Positions 46,060 through 55,187 of a stretch of 64,000 nt of DNA are shown here, piece after piece. Under the pieces are notes generated by a model. The model did no database searches. It had not been told where the DNA came from and worked only from the letters and a program-made list of their open reading frames with translations. The stretch spans positions 7,852 to 71,851 of the forward strand of contig CAZHHN010000002.1 in the NCBI GenBank assembly GCA_964532415.1. Reading direction: 5' to 3'. The translations under genes and the position numbers were made by a program. The DNA is from an uncultured Gammaproteobacteria bacterium. GTDB taxonomy: Bacteria; Patescibacteriota; Patescibacteriia; SG8-24; DYFX01. How positions within the stretch are numbered: position 1 is the first letter of the stretch; each line of letters starts with the position of its first letter.

Positions 46060-46737
46060 TCAGAGGAGCGATAGCACCCCGCTGCCGGTGGTGATCTCCG
46101 AGCCGTTCTGGTATTCGGGTCGTGAGACGACCGCGAGGATCGTCTCCGCGACGGCGTCCGGGTCTTCGAAGTAACCCTGCGCAGGCTCCGTGCCGATCGG
46201 CCCGGGGGTCATGGTGTTCACCCGCAGGCGCGAACCGAATTCGAGCGCCAGCACCCGCGCCGCCGCGGTGAGGCCGGCCATGGAGGCCGCGTAGGCCGCG
46301 GTGCGACGCGACGGCCGACGCGCAAGGTTGCTCGAAATGAACACGATGGAACCCCCGTCGCGCAGCCTCGGCAGGAGGGTCTGTACGGTTAACAAAGGTC
46401 CGCGAAGATTGGTTGCGATGTTCTCATCGAACGCCTCCGGGGACATGTGTTCGAAGGCCTGCACGAGGCACGCGCTCTCGCAGGGCACAACGATATCGAG
46501 TGTCGGCGCGAATCGGCCAACCTTGTTCGACAGATGCTCAAGATCGATCAGGTCGGTGACATCCAAGACGATCCCATAGGCACGGTCGCCGAGTCCGGCG
46601 ACCGCCTGACCGACTTCATGCTCATCGGAGCCCGTGATAATCACTTTGGCCCCATGTTCAAGAAAGAGCTTGGCGGTCGCGAGGCCAATGCCTCCGGTTC
46701 CGCCGGTAATGAGCGCGATTTTCCCTGCAAGTTTCAT
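46060..46737 (-). CDS. Short-chain dehydrogenase/reductase-fold protein with degenerate catalytic motifs
   Basis: ITGGTGGIG NAD(P) site, but YxxxK is YAASM and NNAG region reads VPCESAC. Confidence 0.65.
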   Translation of the reverse strand: MKLAGKIALITGGTGGIGLATAKLFLEHGAKVIITGSDEHEVGQAVAGLGDRAYGIVLDVTDLIDLEHLSNKVGRFAPTLDIVVPCESACLVQAFEHMSPEAFDENIATNLRGPLLTVQTLLPRLRDGGSIVFISSNLARRPSRRTAAYAASMAGLTAAARVLALEFGSRLRVNTMTPGPIGTEPAQGYFEDPDAVAETILAVVSRPEYQNGSEITTGSGVLSLL

Positions 46738-46826
46738 GAGCTCCGGACCCTTTCCCGCGGCGATCGTGCCGCGATGACGGCTGCACTCTAACGGTGCGCG
46801 GAATGCGCGTCAAGCGGCGTGAACAA

Positions 46827-47483
46827 TCATGAAGGCGACACGGCCCTATCCCGAAAGCTGCGGCCCACGGCCAATCCGATGGACGTGCCGATCAACGCGC
46901 CGGCCAGGAAATCCGAGAACCAGTGGATGCTGACCGAAACGGCCAGCCCGACATACAGGGCATAGAGCAGCGCCGGAATCTTCACCGAAGATTTTTCCCG
47001 ATACAAAACGGCCAGCGCGACCATCGTGGCGAAAGCGACGGTCGTATGCGACGAAGGCCAGCCCCAAAAGATCCCGGCACGCAGAAAGCCGAATTGGAAA
47101 TGCCCGGTGACGTCGTCCGTCAGCGCCGTGCCGAAGGTCGGGTGCGCGCGGCCGGTCAAAGCTTTGCAGGAAGAAGAAATCAACCAGCCGAGAAAAGCCG
47201 ACTGCGCAAGCGCTCCGGCCGCACGACGAAGCCACTCGTCTTTGCGAAGCCTGGCGGCCGCCAGCGCGACGAACGGCATGACGATCGGCAGCAACCCGCC
47301 CAGCAGGATGCCCGGCATCACCCATGCCCGCGGAACTCCCTGTCCGGCCGCATACCATCGCCAATCGAAGCCGGAGACGACAGCGGCATACGTCAGCGCG
47401 ATCGCCAAAAGATGGACCGGGATGAGAGGCCAGGAGAAACAGGCGAGAAGGTTGCGCCACAAATTGTAGAAGAAGACCCGCAT
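46827..47483 (-). CDS. PAP2-family phosphatase (second copy)
   Basis: GWPSSHTT and SIHWFSD motifs, 6 TM. Confidence 0.65.
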   Translation of the reverse strand: MRVFFYNLWRNLLACFSWPLIPVHLLAIALTYAAVVSGFDWRWYAAGQGVPRAWVMPGILLGGLLPIVMPFVALAAARLRKDEWLRRAAGALAQSAFLGWLISSSCKALTGRAHPTFGTALTDDVTGHFQFGFLRAGIFWGWPSSHTTVAFATMVALAVLYREKSSVKIPALLYALYVGLAVSVSIHWFSDFLAGALIGTSIGLAVGRSFRDRAVSPS

Positions 47484-47488
47484 GAAAA

Positions 47489-47899
47489 TCACCAATCGCC
47501 TTGCGGCATCCGACGGTTCCTTTTCCTTTCACCAATACGACGTTTCTTTTCCAGTCGCCTGCGCTTCTGCGACCGACTGACTTTGGTCGGCATGCGTTTC
47601 TTCTTCGGCCTGAGCGCGACTTCGACCAACTCCCGCAGCCGGCGTACGGCTGCTTCCTTGTTATGCAGCTGCGAGCGTTCGCTCTCGGCCGTCAGTACGA
47701 TTTCGTCGCGCTTGTTCAGATGCTTCCCGGCGAACGCGCGGATCAATGCCTTTTGCCCGTTCGTAAACGCCGACGAGCCGCCGACGTGCCAGCGCAGCTG
47801 CGCCTTGCTCGAGACCTTGTTGACGTTCTGCCCGCCGGGTCCGGAAGAACGGGCAAACTCAAAATGCAATTCGGATTCGGGAATGGAGGAAGCGATCAT
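47489..47899 (-). CDS. arfB: Peptidyl-tRNA hydrolase ArfB (alternative ribosome rescue factor B)
   Basis: SSGPGGQNVNKVSSK GGQ motif and basic C-terminal tail KKKRMPTKVSRSQKRRRLEKKRR. Confidence 0.75.
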   Translation of the reverse strand: MIASSIPESELHFEFARSSGPGGQNVNKVSSKAQLRWHVGGSSAFTNGQKALIRAFAGKHLNKRDEIVLTAESERSQLHNKEAAVRRLRELVEVALRPKKKRMPTKVSRSQKRRRLEKKRRIGERKRNRRMPQGDW

Positions 47900-47979
47900 A
47901 GTTTCGATCAGTGTACCAAAAACTCCCCGTGAGCGGAGCTTATAACGAATGGTTACGAAAAATGCTAGTGTAGAGGCAT

Positions 47980-48549
47980 ATGAAAATAACCGTTGCCATC
48001 GTCGCGGCACTACTGGCCATCGTCGGCAATGTTCCGTACCTACGGGATCTCCTTAAAAAGAAAGTGCAACCTCACCCGTATACGTGGTTTGTCTGGTCCA
48101 TTGTTTCATGCATTATTTTCTTCGGCCAGGTTGCAAAAGGCGCGGGCATCGGAGCGCTGCCGACGGCCGCATCCGAAATCTTTTCGATCATCATCTTTTT
48201 CTTCTCTCTTAAGTACGGCTTCAAGAACATCCGCAAGATCGACACGGTATTTTTCACCATCGCGCTGCTCGGCATCATTCCCTGGATTCTCAGCAAGGAC
48301 CCCACCGTATCCGTCATTATCGCGGTCGGCATCGATCTGACCGCCTTTGTCCCGACGATCCGAAAGACATCCAGGAACCCGGGGACCGAAGCCCCGATAC
48401 TCTACATCACGAATGTCCTGCGCCACATCCTGATGCTCTTTTCGCTCCAAGCATATAACATCGCGACGACGCTCCATTCAATCGCCATGATTACCACGAA
48501 CACGATCATGGCATTCCTCATTGTCGGCCACAAAAAAATGCTGAAGTAG
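47980..48549 (+). CDS. Low-GC orphan 7-TM integral membrane protein
   Basis: GC ~47%. GAGG SD before ATG. Seven predicted TM helices in 189 aa. Confidence 0.55.
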   Translation: MKITVAIVAALLAIVGNVPYLRDLLKKKVQPHPYTWFVWSIVSCIIFFGQVAKGAGIGALPTAASEIFSIIIFFFSLKYGFKNIRKIDTVFFTIALLGIIPWILSKDPTVSVIIAVGIDLTAFVPTIRKTSRNPGTEAPILYITNVLRHILMLFSLQAYNIATTLHSIAMITTNTIMAFLIVGHKKMLK

Positions 48550-48593
48550 GGTGCGCAATTCAACGAACTGAATTCATCGGAACGGCGACATTC

Positions 48594-50174
48594 TCAAATC
48601 AACGCTCGGCCCGTCATATCGGCCGGCTGGGGAATGCCCAGGATTTTCAAGATCGTCGGCGTGACGTCGGAGAGCATGCCGATCGGCGGACTCAGACTCA
48701 AATCGCCCGCCACCATTTCCTGCGCCTCCCCCGCCATGCCCTCGAACGGCCGGCCGATGATCAGGAGCGGCACCGGATAGGTGGAGTGTTCCTTGTCGAT
48801 CGCGCCGGTCTGGAGGTTCACGACTTCCTCGGCGTTGCCGTGATCGGCGGTGACGATGACCGTGCCCTCTTTGGCCAACGCGGCATCGACGATCCGACCG
48901 ACGCACTGGTCGACAATTTCGGCCGCCTTGACGGTCGCCTCCAGATTGCCGGTGTGCCCGACCATGTCGCCGTTGGCGAAATTGACGGCGATCAGGTCAT
49001 AGGTGCCCTTGCCCAGCTCCTGCACGACGCGATCGGCAATATGCAGCGCCGACATCTCCGGCTGCTGATCGTAGGACGAAACCCTCGGCGACGGGATGAT
49101 GACCCGGTCCTCGCCCGGGAACGGATCTTCCCTCATACCGTTCAGGAAGAAAGTGACGTGCGCGTATTTTTCCGTTTCGGCGATGTGCAGCTGCTTCATG
49201 CCGGCGTCGGAAACGACTTTGGCCAGGCAGGTCGAAACCGGTTCGGGCGGGAAGGCGACCGAAACCGGCAGGCCCTTTTCGTATTCGGTCATGGTCACGA
49301 AGAGCAGCTCGCGCATGTAGGTGCGCGAAAACCTGTCGAAGGACGGCAGCGCGAAGGCTTTGGTGAGTTCGCGGGCGCGGTCGGGGCGGAAGTTGAAGAA
49401 GATGACGGCGTCGCCGTCCTCGATCTTGGCGACCGGGCGGCCGTGCTCGGTGATGACGGTCGGGGCGAACTCCTCGTCGAAGACCCGGGCGTCATACGAT
49501 GCGCGGATGGCCGCGAGCGGATCGTCCGACGACGCGCCGGAAACGCCATCGGCCATAGCGCGGTAGGCCGCCTCGACGCGGTCCCAGCGGTTGTCGCGGT
49601 CCATCCCGTAAAAACGTCCGGAGAGCGTGGCGATCTTTCCGACGCCGTTCTTTTTCATCCGCCCGAGGACGGTGCCGACGAAATCGATGCCGGCGTTGAA
49701 GGTCGTGTCGCGGCCGTCGAGAATGGCGTGCAAAAAGAGCTGCGTGACGCCTTCGCGGGCGGCCAAGTCGAGCAGGGCCAGCAGATGGTCGAGCGAAGCG
49801 TGCACGTTGCCGATCGAGGTCAGCCCGAGCAGATGGAGCTTCGTCCCGCGTTTCCGGACGTGCCGAATGGCGTCCATGAACGCCCCGTTCCGGAAAAATT
49901 CTCCGTTCTGGATGGAACGGTTGATGCGCGGCAGGCTCTGATAATAGACTTTGCCGGCGCCGATCGTCAGGTGGCCGACTTCGGAATTGCCCATTTCGCC
50001 CCACATCAAGCCGACCTCTTCGCCGGAAGCGAGGATCGTCATGGCGGGATAGCTGGCGGCGAACTCGCGCAGCCGCGGCGTATTCGCCAGCGCCAGCGCG
50101 TTGCCCTGATCGGGCGGCGCTACGCCCCAGCCGTCGAGAATCAGGAGCACGATCGGTTTCGTCGGTGCGGGCAT
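48594..50174 (-). CDS. gpmI: 2,3-bisphosphoglycerate-independent phosphoglycerate mutase (copy 1)
   Basis: LLILDGWG, catalytic GNSEVGHLTIGAG, TADHGN. 526 aa. Confidence 0.9.
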   Translation of the reverse strand: MPAPTKPIVLLILDGWGVAPPDQGNALALANTPRLREFAASYPAMTILASGEEVGLMWGEMGNSEVGHLTIGAGKVYYQSLPRINRSIQNGEFFRNGAFMDAIRHVRKRGTKLHLLGLTSIGNVHASLDHLLALLDLAAREGVTQLFLHAILDGRDTTFNAGIDFVGTVLGRMKKNGVGKIATLSGRFYGMDRDNRWDRVEAAYRAMADGVSGASSDDPLAAIRASYDARVFDEEFAPTVITEHGRPVAKIEDGDAVIFFNFRPDRARELTKAFALPSFDRFSRTYMRELLFVTMTEYEKGLPVSVAFPPEPVSTCLAKVVSDAGMKQLHIAETEKYAHVTFFLNGMREDPFPGEDRVIIPSPRVSSYDQQPEMSALHIADRVVQELGKGTYDLIAVNFANGDMVGHTGNLEATVKAAEIVDQCVGRIVDAALAKEGTVIVTADHGNAEEVVNLQTGAIDKEHSTYPVPLLIIGRPFEGMAGEAQEMVAGDLSLSPPIGMLSDVTPTILKILGIPQPADMTGRALI

Positions 50175-50183
50175 AGTCGTTTC

Positions 50184-50212
50184 ATTCTACGGCCTCAGAG
50201 CCGATTTTTCAA
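50184..50212 (-). promoter_or_regulatory. Near-consensus sigma70 promoter TTGAAA-17-TAGAAT for gpmI copy 1 (near-leaderless)
   Basis: Minus-strand reading TTGAAA aatcggctctgaggccg TAGAAT gaaacgact ATG. Confidence 0.6.
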
Positions 50213-50243
50213 ATGTAAAAAGACCGCCGGCACAAACGGCGGA
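50213..50243 (-). terminator. Rho-independent terminator after gpmI copy 2
   Basis: Minus-strand CCGCCG-TTTGTGC-CGGCGG followed by TCTTTTTACATTT, 17 nt after stop. Confidence 0.6.
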
Positions 50244-50259
50244 CCGTCCGTCAAATGCG

Positions 50260-51837
50260 TCAATCGCTGAGCAGCGAGCGGCCGGTCATTTCGACCGGCG
50301 GGCGGATGCCCATGAGATCGAGAATCGTCGGCGCCACGTCGGCCAGCACACCGCGCGGCAGCTCGCGCAGGCCTTCGAGATTTCTGCCGGCCGCCAGGAA
50401 CGGCACCGGATTGACGGAGTGCTCGGTGTCGACCGCCCCGGTCGCGACATCGATCATCTCCTCGACGTTACCGTGGTCGGCGGTGATGACAAGCGTGCCA
50501 TCCAGCGCTTGGACTTCCTTCCAGATCCGGCCGATCGCCCCATCGATCGCCTCGACCGCCCTGACGGCCGCGTCGAGATTGCCGGTGTGCGCGACCATGT
50601 CGGCATTGGCGAAATTCATGGCGACGAAATGATAGAGGCCGCGCCGCAGCTTTTTGATGACCGCGGTGGCCAGATCGGGCGTGCGCATTTCGGGGGCCAT
50701 GTCGAACCGCGGAATGCGCAGCGATTCGATCTTGAGATGCTCTTCGCCGAAATGGCGGTCGTCGTAGCCGCCGTTGAAAAAGAAGGTGATGTGCGAATAC
50801 TTTTCCGACTCGGCGGCGTAGAGCTGCTTCAATCCCTTGAGCACGGCCGGCAGCGCATTCCTGATGTCGCGGGCGGGAAAGGCCGTCAGGATGTGCGGCA
50901 GGTCGGGTCCGAAATCGGTCATCGCCACGAAGCGGATGTTGCGCGGCACGCGGCGCCGAGTGAAGGCGCCCGGCACCGACGCTTCGAAATCCGGGATCAG
51001 GAACGTTTTGGAAAACTGACGGGCGCGGTCGGAACGCAGGTTGAAGAACAAGATGGCGTCGTTGTCGGCGACCGGGCCGACCGGCACGTGGTTCTGATCG
51101 ACAATGACGGTCGGCACGATGAATTCGTCCGTTTCTCCGCGGTTGTAGGCCTGGAGCAGCGCCGCCTCGGCCGACGGCGCGGAGAGACCCTCGCCTGTCA
51201 CGATGGCGTGATAGGCCAAGTCGAGCCGCGGCCAGTTTTTGTTGCGGTCCATCGGATAGAAGCGCCCCATCAGGCTGGCGATGCGCTCGCCCGGCTTGAG
51301 GCGCGCTTCGATCTCGTGGACCTGCGCGGTGGCGGCAAAGCGCGGGCCGTCGCGGCCGTCGGTGAAGAGATGCAGCCGGACGTCCCTGACGTCCTGCCGG
51401 CGGCAGAGATCGAGCAGCCCGTAGAGATGGTCCATGCTGGCGTGCGCCGAGCGTCCGGTCGACACCAATCCCATCAAGTGCGCTTTGGTGCCGTATTTTT
51501 TGACGTGGCGCAGCGCTTCGAGAAAAGCGGTGTTCTTGAAGAACGTCCCGTCTTCGATGGCGCGGCTGATCAGCACCGATTCCTGCTCGACGACCCGGCC
51601 GGCACCGAGATTCATGTGGCCGGCTTCCGAATTGCCGGGCTGATGCTTCGGCAACCCCACGTGCTGGCCGTGCGCGAACAGCTCGGCGTGCGGATAGCGT
51701 TCCCAGAGCTCCAGAAGCGCCGGCGTCCGGGCCATCAACACCGCGTTGCCCTGCAGGCCGGCCGGCGCGGAACCGAAACCGTCGCAGATGACCAGCACCA
51801 CCGGGCGCACCTTTCCTTTAGGCGTGCGGGGAGGCAT
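50260..51837 (-). CDS. gpmI: 2,3-bisphosphoglycerate-independent phosphoglycerate mutase (divergent copy 2)
   Basis: [28 protein letters not shown]. 525 aa. Overlaps eno end by 20 nt. Confidence 0.85.
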   Translation of the reverse strand: MPPRTPKGKVRPVVLVICDGFGSAPAGLQGNAVLMARTPALLELWERYPHAELFAHGQHVGLPKHQPGNSEAGHMNLGAGRVVEQESVLISRAIEDGTFFKNTAFLEALRHVKKYGTKAHLMGLVSTGRSAHASMDHLYGLLDLCRRQDVRDVRLHLFTDGRDGPRFAATAQVHEIEARLKPGERIASLMGRFYPMDRNKNWPRLDLAYHAIVTGEGLSAPSAEAALLQAYNRGETDEFIVPTVIVDQNHVPVGPVADNDAILFFNLRSDRARQFSKTFLIPDFEASVPGAFTRRRVPRNIRFVAMTDFGPDLPHILTAFPARDIRNALPAVLKGLKQLYAAESEKYSHITFFFNGGYDDRHFGEEHLKIESLRIPRFDMAPEMRTPDLATAVIKKLRRGLYHFVAMNFANADMVAHTGNLDAAVRAVEAIDGAIGRIWKEVQALDGTLVITADHGNVEEMIDVATGAVDTEHSVNPVPFLAAGRNLEGLRELPRGVLADVAPTILDLMGIRPPVEMTGRSLLSD

Positions 51838-53089
51838 GCAGTTCGTCTTCGATTTCCATCAGGCGGTTGTACTTCACGAGCCGCTCGCTGCGCGAAAGGG
51901 AACCGGTCTTGATGAATTCGGCGTTCACCGCCACCGCCAGGTCGGCGATGGTCGTGTCGGTCGTTTCTCCGGAGCGGTGCGAAATGGCGATCCGGTAGCC
52001 GTGCGCCTGGGCCAGGCGGATAGCGTCGATCGTTTCGGAGAGCGTGCCGATCTGGTTGACCTTGACGAGAATGGCATTGGCCACGCCGCGTTCGATCCCC
52101 TTGCGCAGCCGTTCGGCATCGGTCACGAACAGATCATCGCCGACCAGCGCGATCTTCGATCCGAGCGCGGCCGTCAGTTTCTTCCAGCCGTCCCAGTCGT
52201 CCTCCGCCAGGCCGTCCTCGATCGACACGAACGGCCACTTTTTGACCAAGCCCTCCCACATCCTGATCATGCCGTCGCTGTTCAAACGGCGCCGGTCGGT
52301 GCGCAGGACATATGTTTTCTTTTTGGCGTCGTAAAACTCCGAAGTGGCCGGATCCATGCCGAAGCCGACGTCGCGGCCGGGCGCGTAACCGGCCTTGCGG
52401 ACGGCTTGGGCGATAAGCGCGAAGGCCTGGGCGTTTTTTTTCAGTTTCGGAGCGAAACCGCCTTCGTCGCCGACGCCGACCGGATAGCCCTTGGCACGCA
52501 GCAGATCGTGCAGGACATGGAAGATCTCGGAACCGCAGCGCACGCGTTCGCGGAAGGTTTTCTGCTTCGGGACGATCAGGCACTCCTGAAAATCGATGCT
52601 CCAGTCGGCATGCACGCCGCCGTTCAGGACGTTCATCATCGGAAGCGGAAGTTTCCAGCCGTCGTATTCCAGCTGGAAGACGTCGCGCAGATAGCGGTAG
52701 AGCGGGAGGCGCAGCGAAACGGCGCCGGCATGCGCGGCCGCCAGCGAAACGCCCAGGATGGCGTTGGCACCGAGGCGTTCCTTGTTGCGGGTGCCATCGA
52801 GTTCTTTGAGCTTCGCATCGAGCTTGCGCTGCTGCTGGACTTCCATGCCGGCGATGGCGGGCGCGATCACCTTTTCGACGTTGGCGACGGCCCTGAGCAC
52901 GCCCATGCCGCGATAACGCCTGCGGTCGCGGTCGCGCAACTCGAGTGCTTCATGCACGCCGGTTGAAGCGCCCGAAGGCACGGCCGCCTTGGCGACCGTG
53001 CCGTCCGAAAGCGTCATCTTCACCTCGACGGTCGGATTGCCACGCGAGTCGAGGATCTCGCGTGCCGTGGTTTCGCGGATGCCGGGCAT
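51818..53089 (-). CDS. eno: Enolase
   Basis: [15 protein letters not shown]-terminus, SHRSGETTD metal-site region. 423 aa. Confidence 0.9.
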   Translation of the reverse strand: MPGIRETTAREILDSRGNPTVEVKMTLSDGTVAKAAVPSGASTGVHEALELRDRDRRRYRGMGVLRAVANVEKVIAPAIAGMEVQQQRKLDAKLKELDGTRNKERLGANAILGVSLAAAHAGAVSLRLPLYRYLRDVFQLEYDGWKLPLPMMNVLNGGVHADWSIDFQECLIVPKQKTFRERVRCGSEIFHVLHDLLRAKGYPVGVGDEGGFAPKLKKNAQAFALIAQAVRKAGYAPGRDVGFGMDPATSEFYDAKKKTYVLRTDRRRLNSDGMIRMWEGLVKKWPFVSIEDGLAEDDWDGWKKLTAALGSKIALVGDDLFVTDAERLRKGIERGVANAILVKVNQIGTLSETIDAIRLAQAHGYRIAISHRSGETTDTTIADLAVAVNAEFIKTGSLSRSERLVKYNRLMEIEDELHASPHA

Positions 53090-53092
53090 GCT

Positions 53093-53956
53093 TCAGGGCA
53101 GGATCTCGTACTGAACCGTCACGTTAACGATGACGTCCTGCGAACCGGGCTGGACGTTCGGGGCCGCCGTCGGAGCGGCGCCACCCATGCCGACTGCCAT
53201 GTCCCGTGCATACGGGATGGGCTGCGGCACGGAAGCAGACGACTCGCTGAAACCGACGACCTTGCCAAGCCGGACGCCGGCCGCCTGAGCCAGGTCCTGC
53301 GCCCTCTTTTTGGCGGCCTCAAGACCCTTGAGCCGCGCCTGCTGGCGGAGCTCTTCAGGATCGTCGATCGTGAAGTTCACGCCGCCAACTTGGTTGGCGC
53401 CGAGACCGGCGACCGAAGCCAGAATATCGTTCAACGCGTCGAGTTTGCGCACCTTGATGTCGAGGTTCTGGCTGATCTGGTAGCCGCGCGTCACCTGGCG
53501 GCCGTTGGGATAATCGTAGGTCGGGTAGATGGAGTAATTGGTGGTCTGAATGTCCTCTTTGGCGATGTCGGACTGCTGGAGCCTGGCGACAATCGCGTTC
53601 ATCTTGGTCGAGTTTTCGGTCTGCGCTTCGGCCACGGTCCTCTTTTCGGTCTGCACGCCGATCGAAATCATGGCGATGTCCGGAAGCGCGGTGACTTTCC
53701 CCTGCGCTTCGACGGAAATCGTGTCGCGCTGGGTGGTCGGCCGTCCGATGTATTCGTACTGCTTCACGGCGTTGCGCGAGAGCAGAATCAGGTAGACGGC
53801 CGCCACGATGACGAGCAGACCGATGAAAGGCTTACGATGCCGGCGGCCCATCATGCCACCCATGCCGTTTCCGCAGCCTCCGGAGCCGCAACCGCAGCCT
53901 CCCGAACCGCAGCTCTGCGCGCCGTCCCCGCATCCGCAATGTGTATTCGTTTCCAT
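53093..53956 (-). CDS. SIMPL-domain (DUF541) membrane-anchored protein with Cys/Gly-rich N-terminal tail
   Basis: TM PFIGLLVIVAAVYLILL then SIMPL-like periplasmic domain. N-terminus METNTHCGCGDGAQSCGSGGCGCGSGGCGNGMGG (start could instead be M32). Confidence 0.6.
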   Translation of the reverse strand: METNTHCGCGDGAQSCGSGGCGCGSGGCGNGMGGMMGRRHRKPFIGLLVIVAAVYLILLSRNAVKQYEYIGRPTTQRDTISVEAQGKVTALPDIAMISIGVQTEKRTVAEAQTENSTKMNAIVARLQQSDIAKEDIQTTNYSIYPTYDYPNGRQVTRGYQISQNLDIKVRKLDALNDILASVAGLGANQVGGVNFTIDDPEELRQQARLKGLEAAKKRAQDLAQAAGVRLGKVVGFSESSASVPQPIPYARDMAVGMGGAAPTAAPNVQPGSQDVIVNVTVQYEILP

Positions 53957-53978
53957 AGAATATGAATGAATAGCAATA

Positions 53979-55187
53979 TTAATCGAGGCGCAGCGGCTGG
54001 AGTCCCGGCAGCGCCTTCCCCTCCAGGAACTCGAGCATCGCGCCGCCGCCGGTCGAAACGTGGTCGACGCACTCCATGAGGCCGGTGCGGGCGAGCGCCG
54101 CCACCGTTTCTCCGCCGCCGACCACGCCGTAGGTCTTGCCCTTGGAACGGGCGGCGATCAGCCGGCCGAGCGCGATCGTGCCGTGGCTGAACTTCGGCTG
54201 CTCGAACCAGCCGAGCGGTCCGTTCCAGACGATCATCCGCGCGGAACGGAGATACGAGGCGTAGGCCGAGATCGTCTTCGGGCCGATGTCGAGGATCGCC
54301 TCGTGGTCACGACAGAGATCGAATGGCTCTTCCTGAAGATCGACGACCGCTGCTCTGGCTTTGGGATGCAGGGGGTCCCCGATCACGACGTCATGCGGCA
54401 GGATCAGTTTCTTGAAGTACGGATGCTTCATGAGAGAGCGCGCCGCTTCGAGATCGGCATCGCCGCAGGGCGTCGCGCCGATGCAATGGCTCATCGCCTT
54501 GTAGAATGGCGCGATCAGCGCGCCGCCGAGCAGCACGCGGTCGGAAACGGACAGCAGCTGATTGATGACGCCGATTTTCGTCGAGACCTTGGCGCCGCCC
54601 ATGACCACCACGTACGGATGCTCGGGCGCGTCCAGCACCTTTTCGAGCGCGGCGACTTCCGAAGCGAGCAGCGGACCGGCGTAGGAAGGCAGATAACGCG
54701 TGATGCCGACGATTGAAGCGGCGGCGCGATGACAGGTGCCGAAGGCCTCATCCATATAAACGTCGCCCAGACGCGAGAGCGCTTCGGAAAAATGTGAGTC
54801 GTTGGCTTCCTCCCCCGGACGGAAACGCAGGTTCTCGAGCAGGACGACCTGGCCGTCCTTCATCGCCGCCACCTCCTTTTCGACCGCCGGACCGATGCAG
54901 TCCGGAAGCTTTTCGACCGGACGGCCCAGCAGCTGTGCCAGACGCCTGGCGATCGGATCGAGTCTGAGCGAAGCCGTCTTCCTGCCTTCCGGGCGGCCGA
55001 GATGCGCTGCCAAAACCACCCGTGCGCCGGCGGTGACAAGCCGTTCAACGGTCGGAACGATCTTGCGCACGCGCCAATCCTCCTGCGGACTGACTTTGCC
55101 GCGCGCAACCGGCACGTTGAAATCGGCGCGCACCAGCACGCGCTTGCCCCTGAACGTCCTGAAATCTTCGGCAACGCGCAGCTTCAT
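53979..55187 (-). CDS. pgk: Phosphoglycerate kinase
   Basis: VLVRADFNVP, GGGDTVAA-like GGGETVAAL. 402 aa. ATGA overlap with ndh stop. Confidence 0.9.
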   Translation of the reverse strand: MKLRVAEDFRTFRGKRVLVRADFNVPVARGKVSPQEDWRVRKIVPTVERLVTAGARVVLAAHLGRPEGRKTASLRLDPIARRLAQLLGRPVEKLPDCIGPAVEKEVAAMKDGQVVLLENLRFRPGEEANDSHFSEALSRLGDVYMDEAFGTCHRAAASIVGITRYLPSYAGPLLASEVAALEKVLDAPEHPYVVVMGGAKVSTKIGVINQLLSVSDRVLLGGALIAPFYKAMSHCIGATPCGDADLEAARSLMKHPYFKKLILPHDVVIGDPLHPKARAAVVDLQEEPFDLCRDHEAILDIGPKTISAYASYLRSARMIVWNGPLGWFEQPKFSHGTIALGRLIAARSKGKTYGVVGGGETVAALARTGLMECVDHVSTGGGAMLEFLEGKALPGLQPLRLD

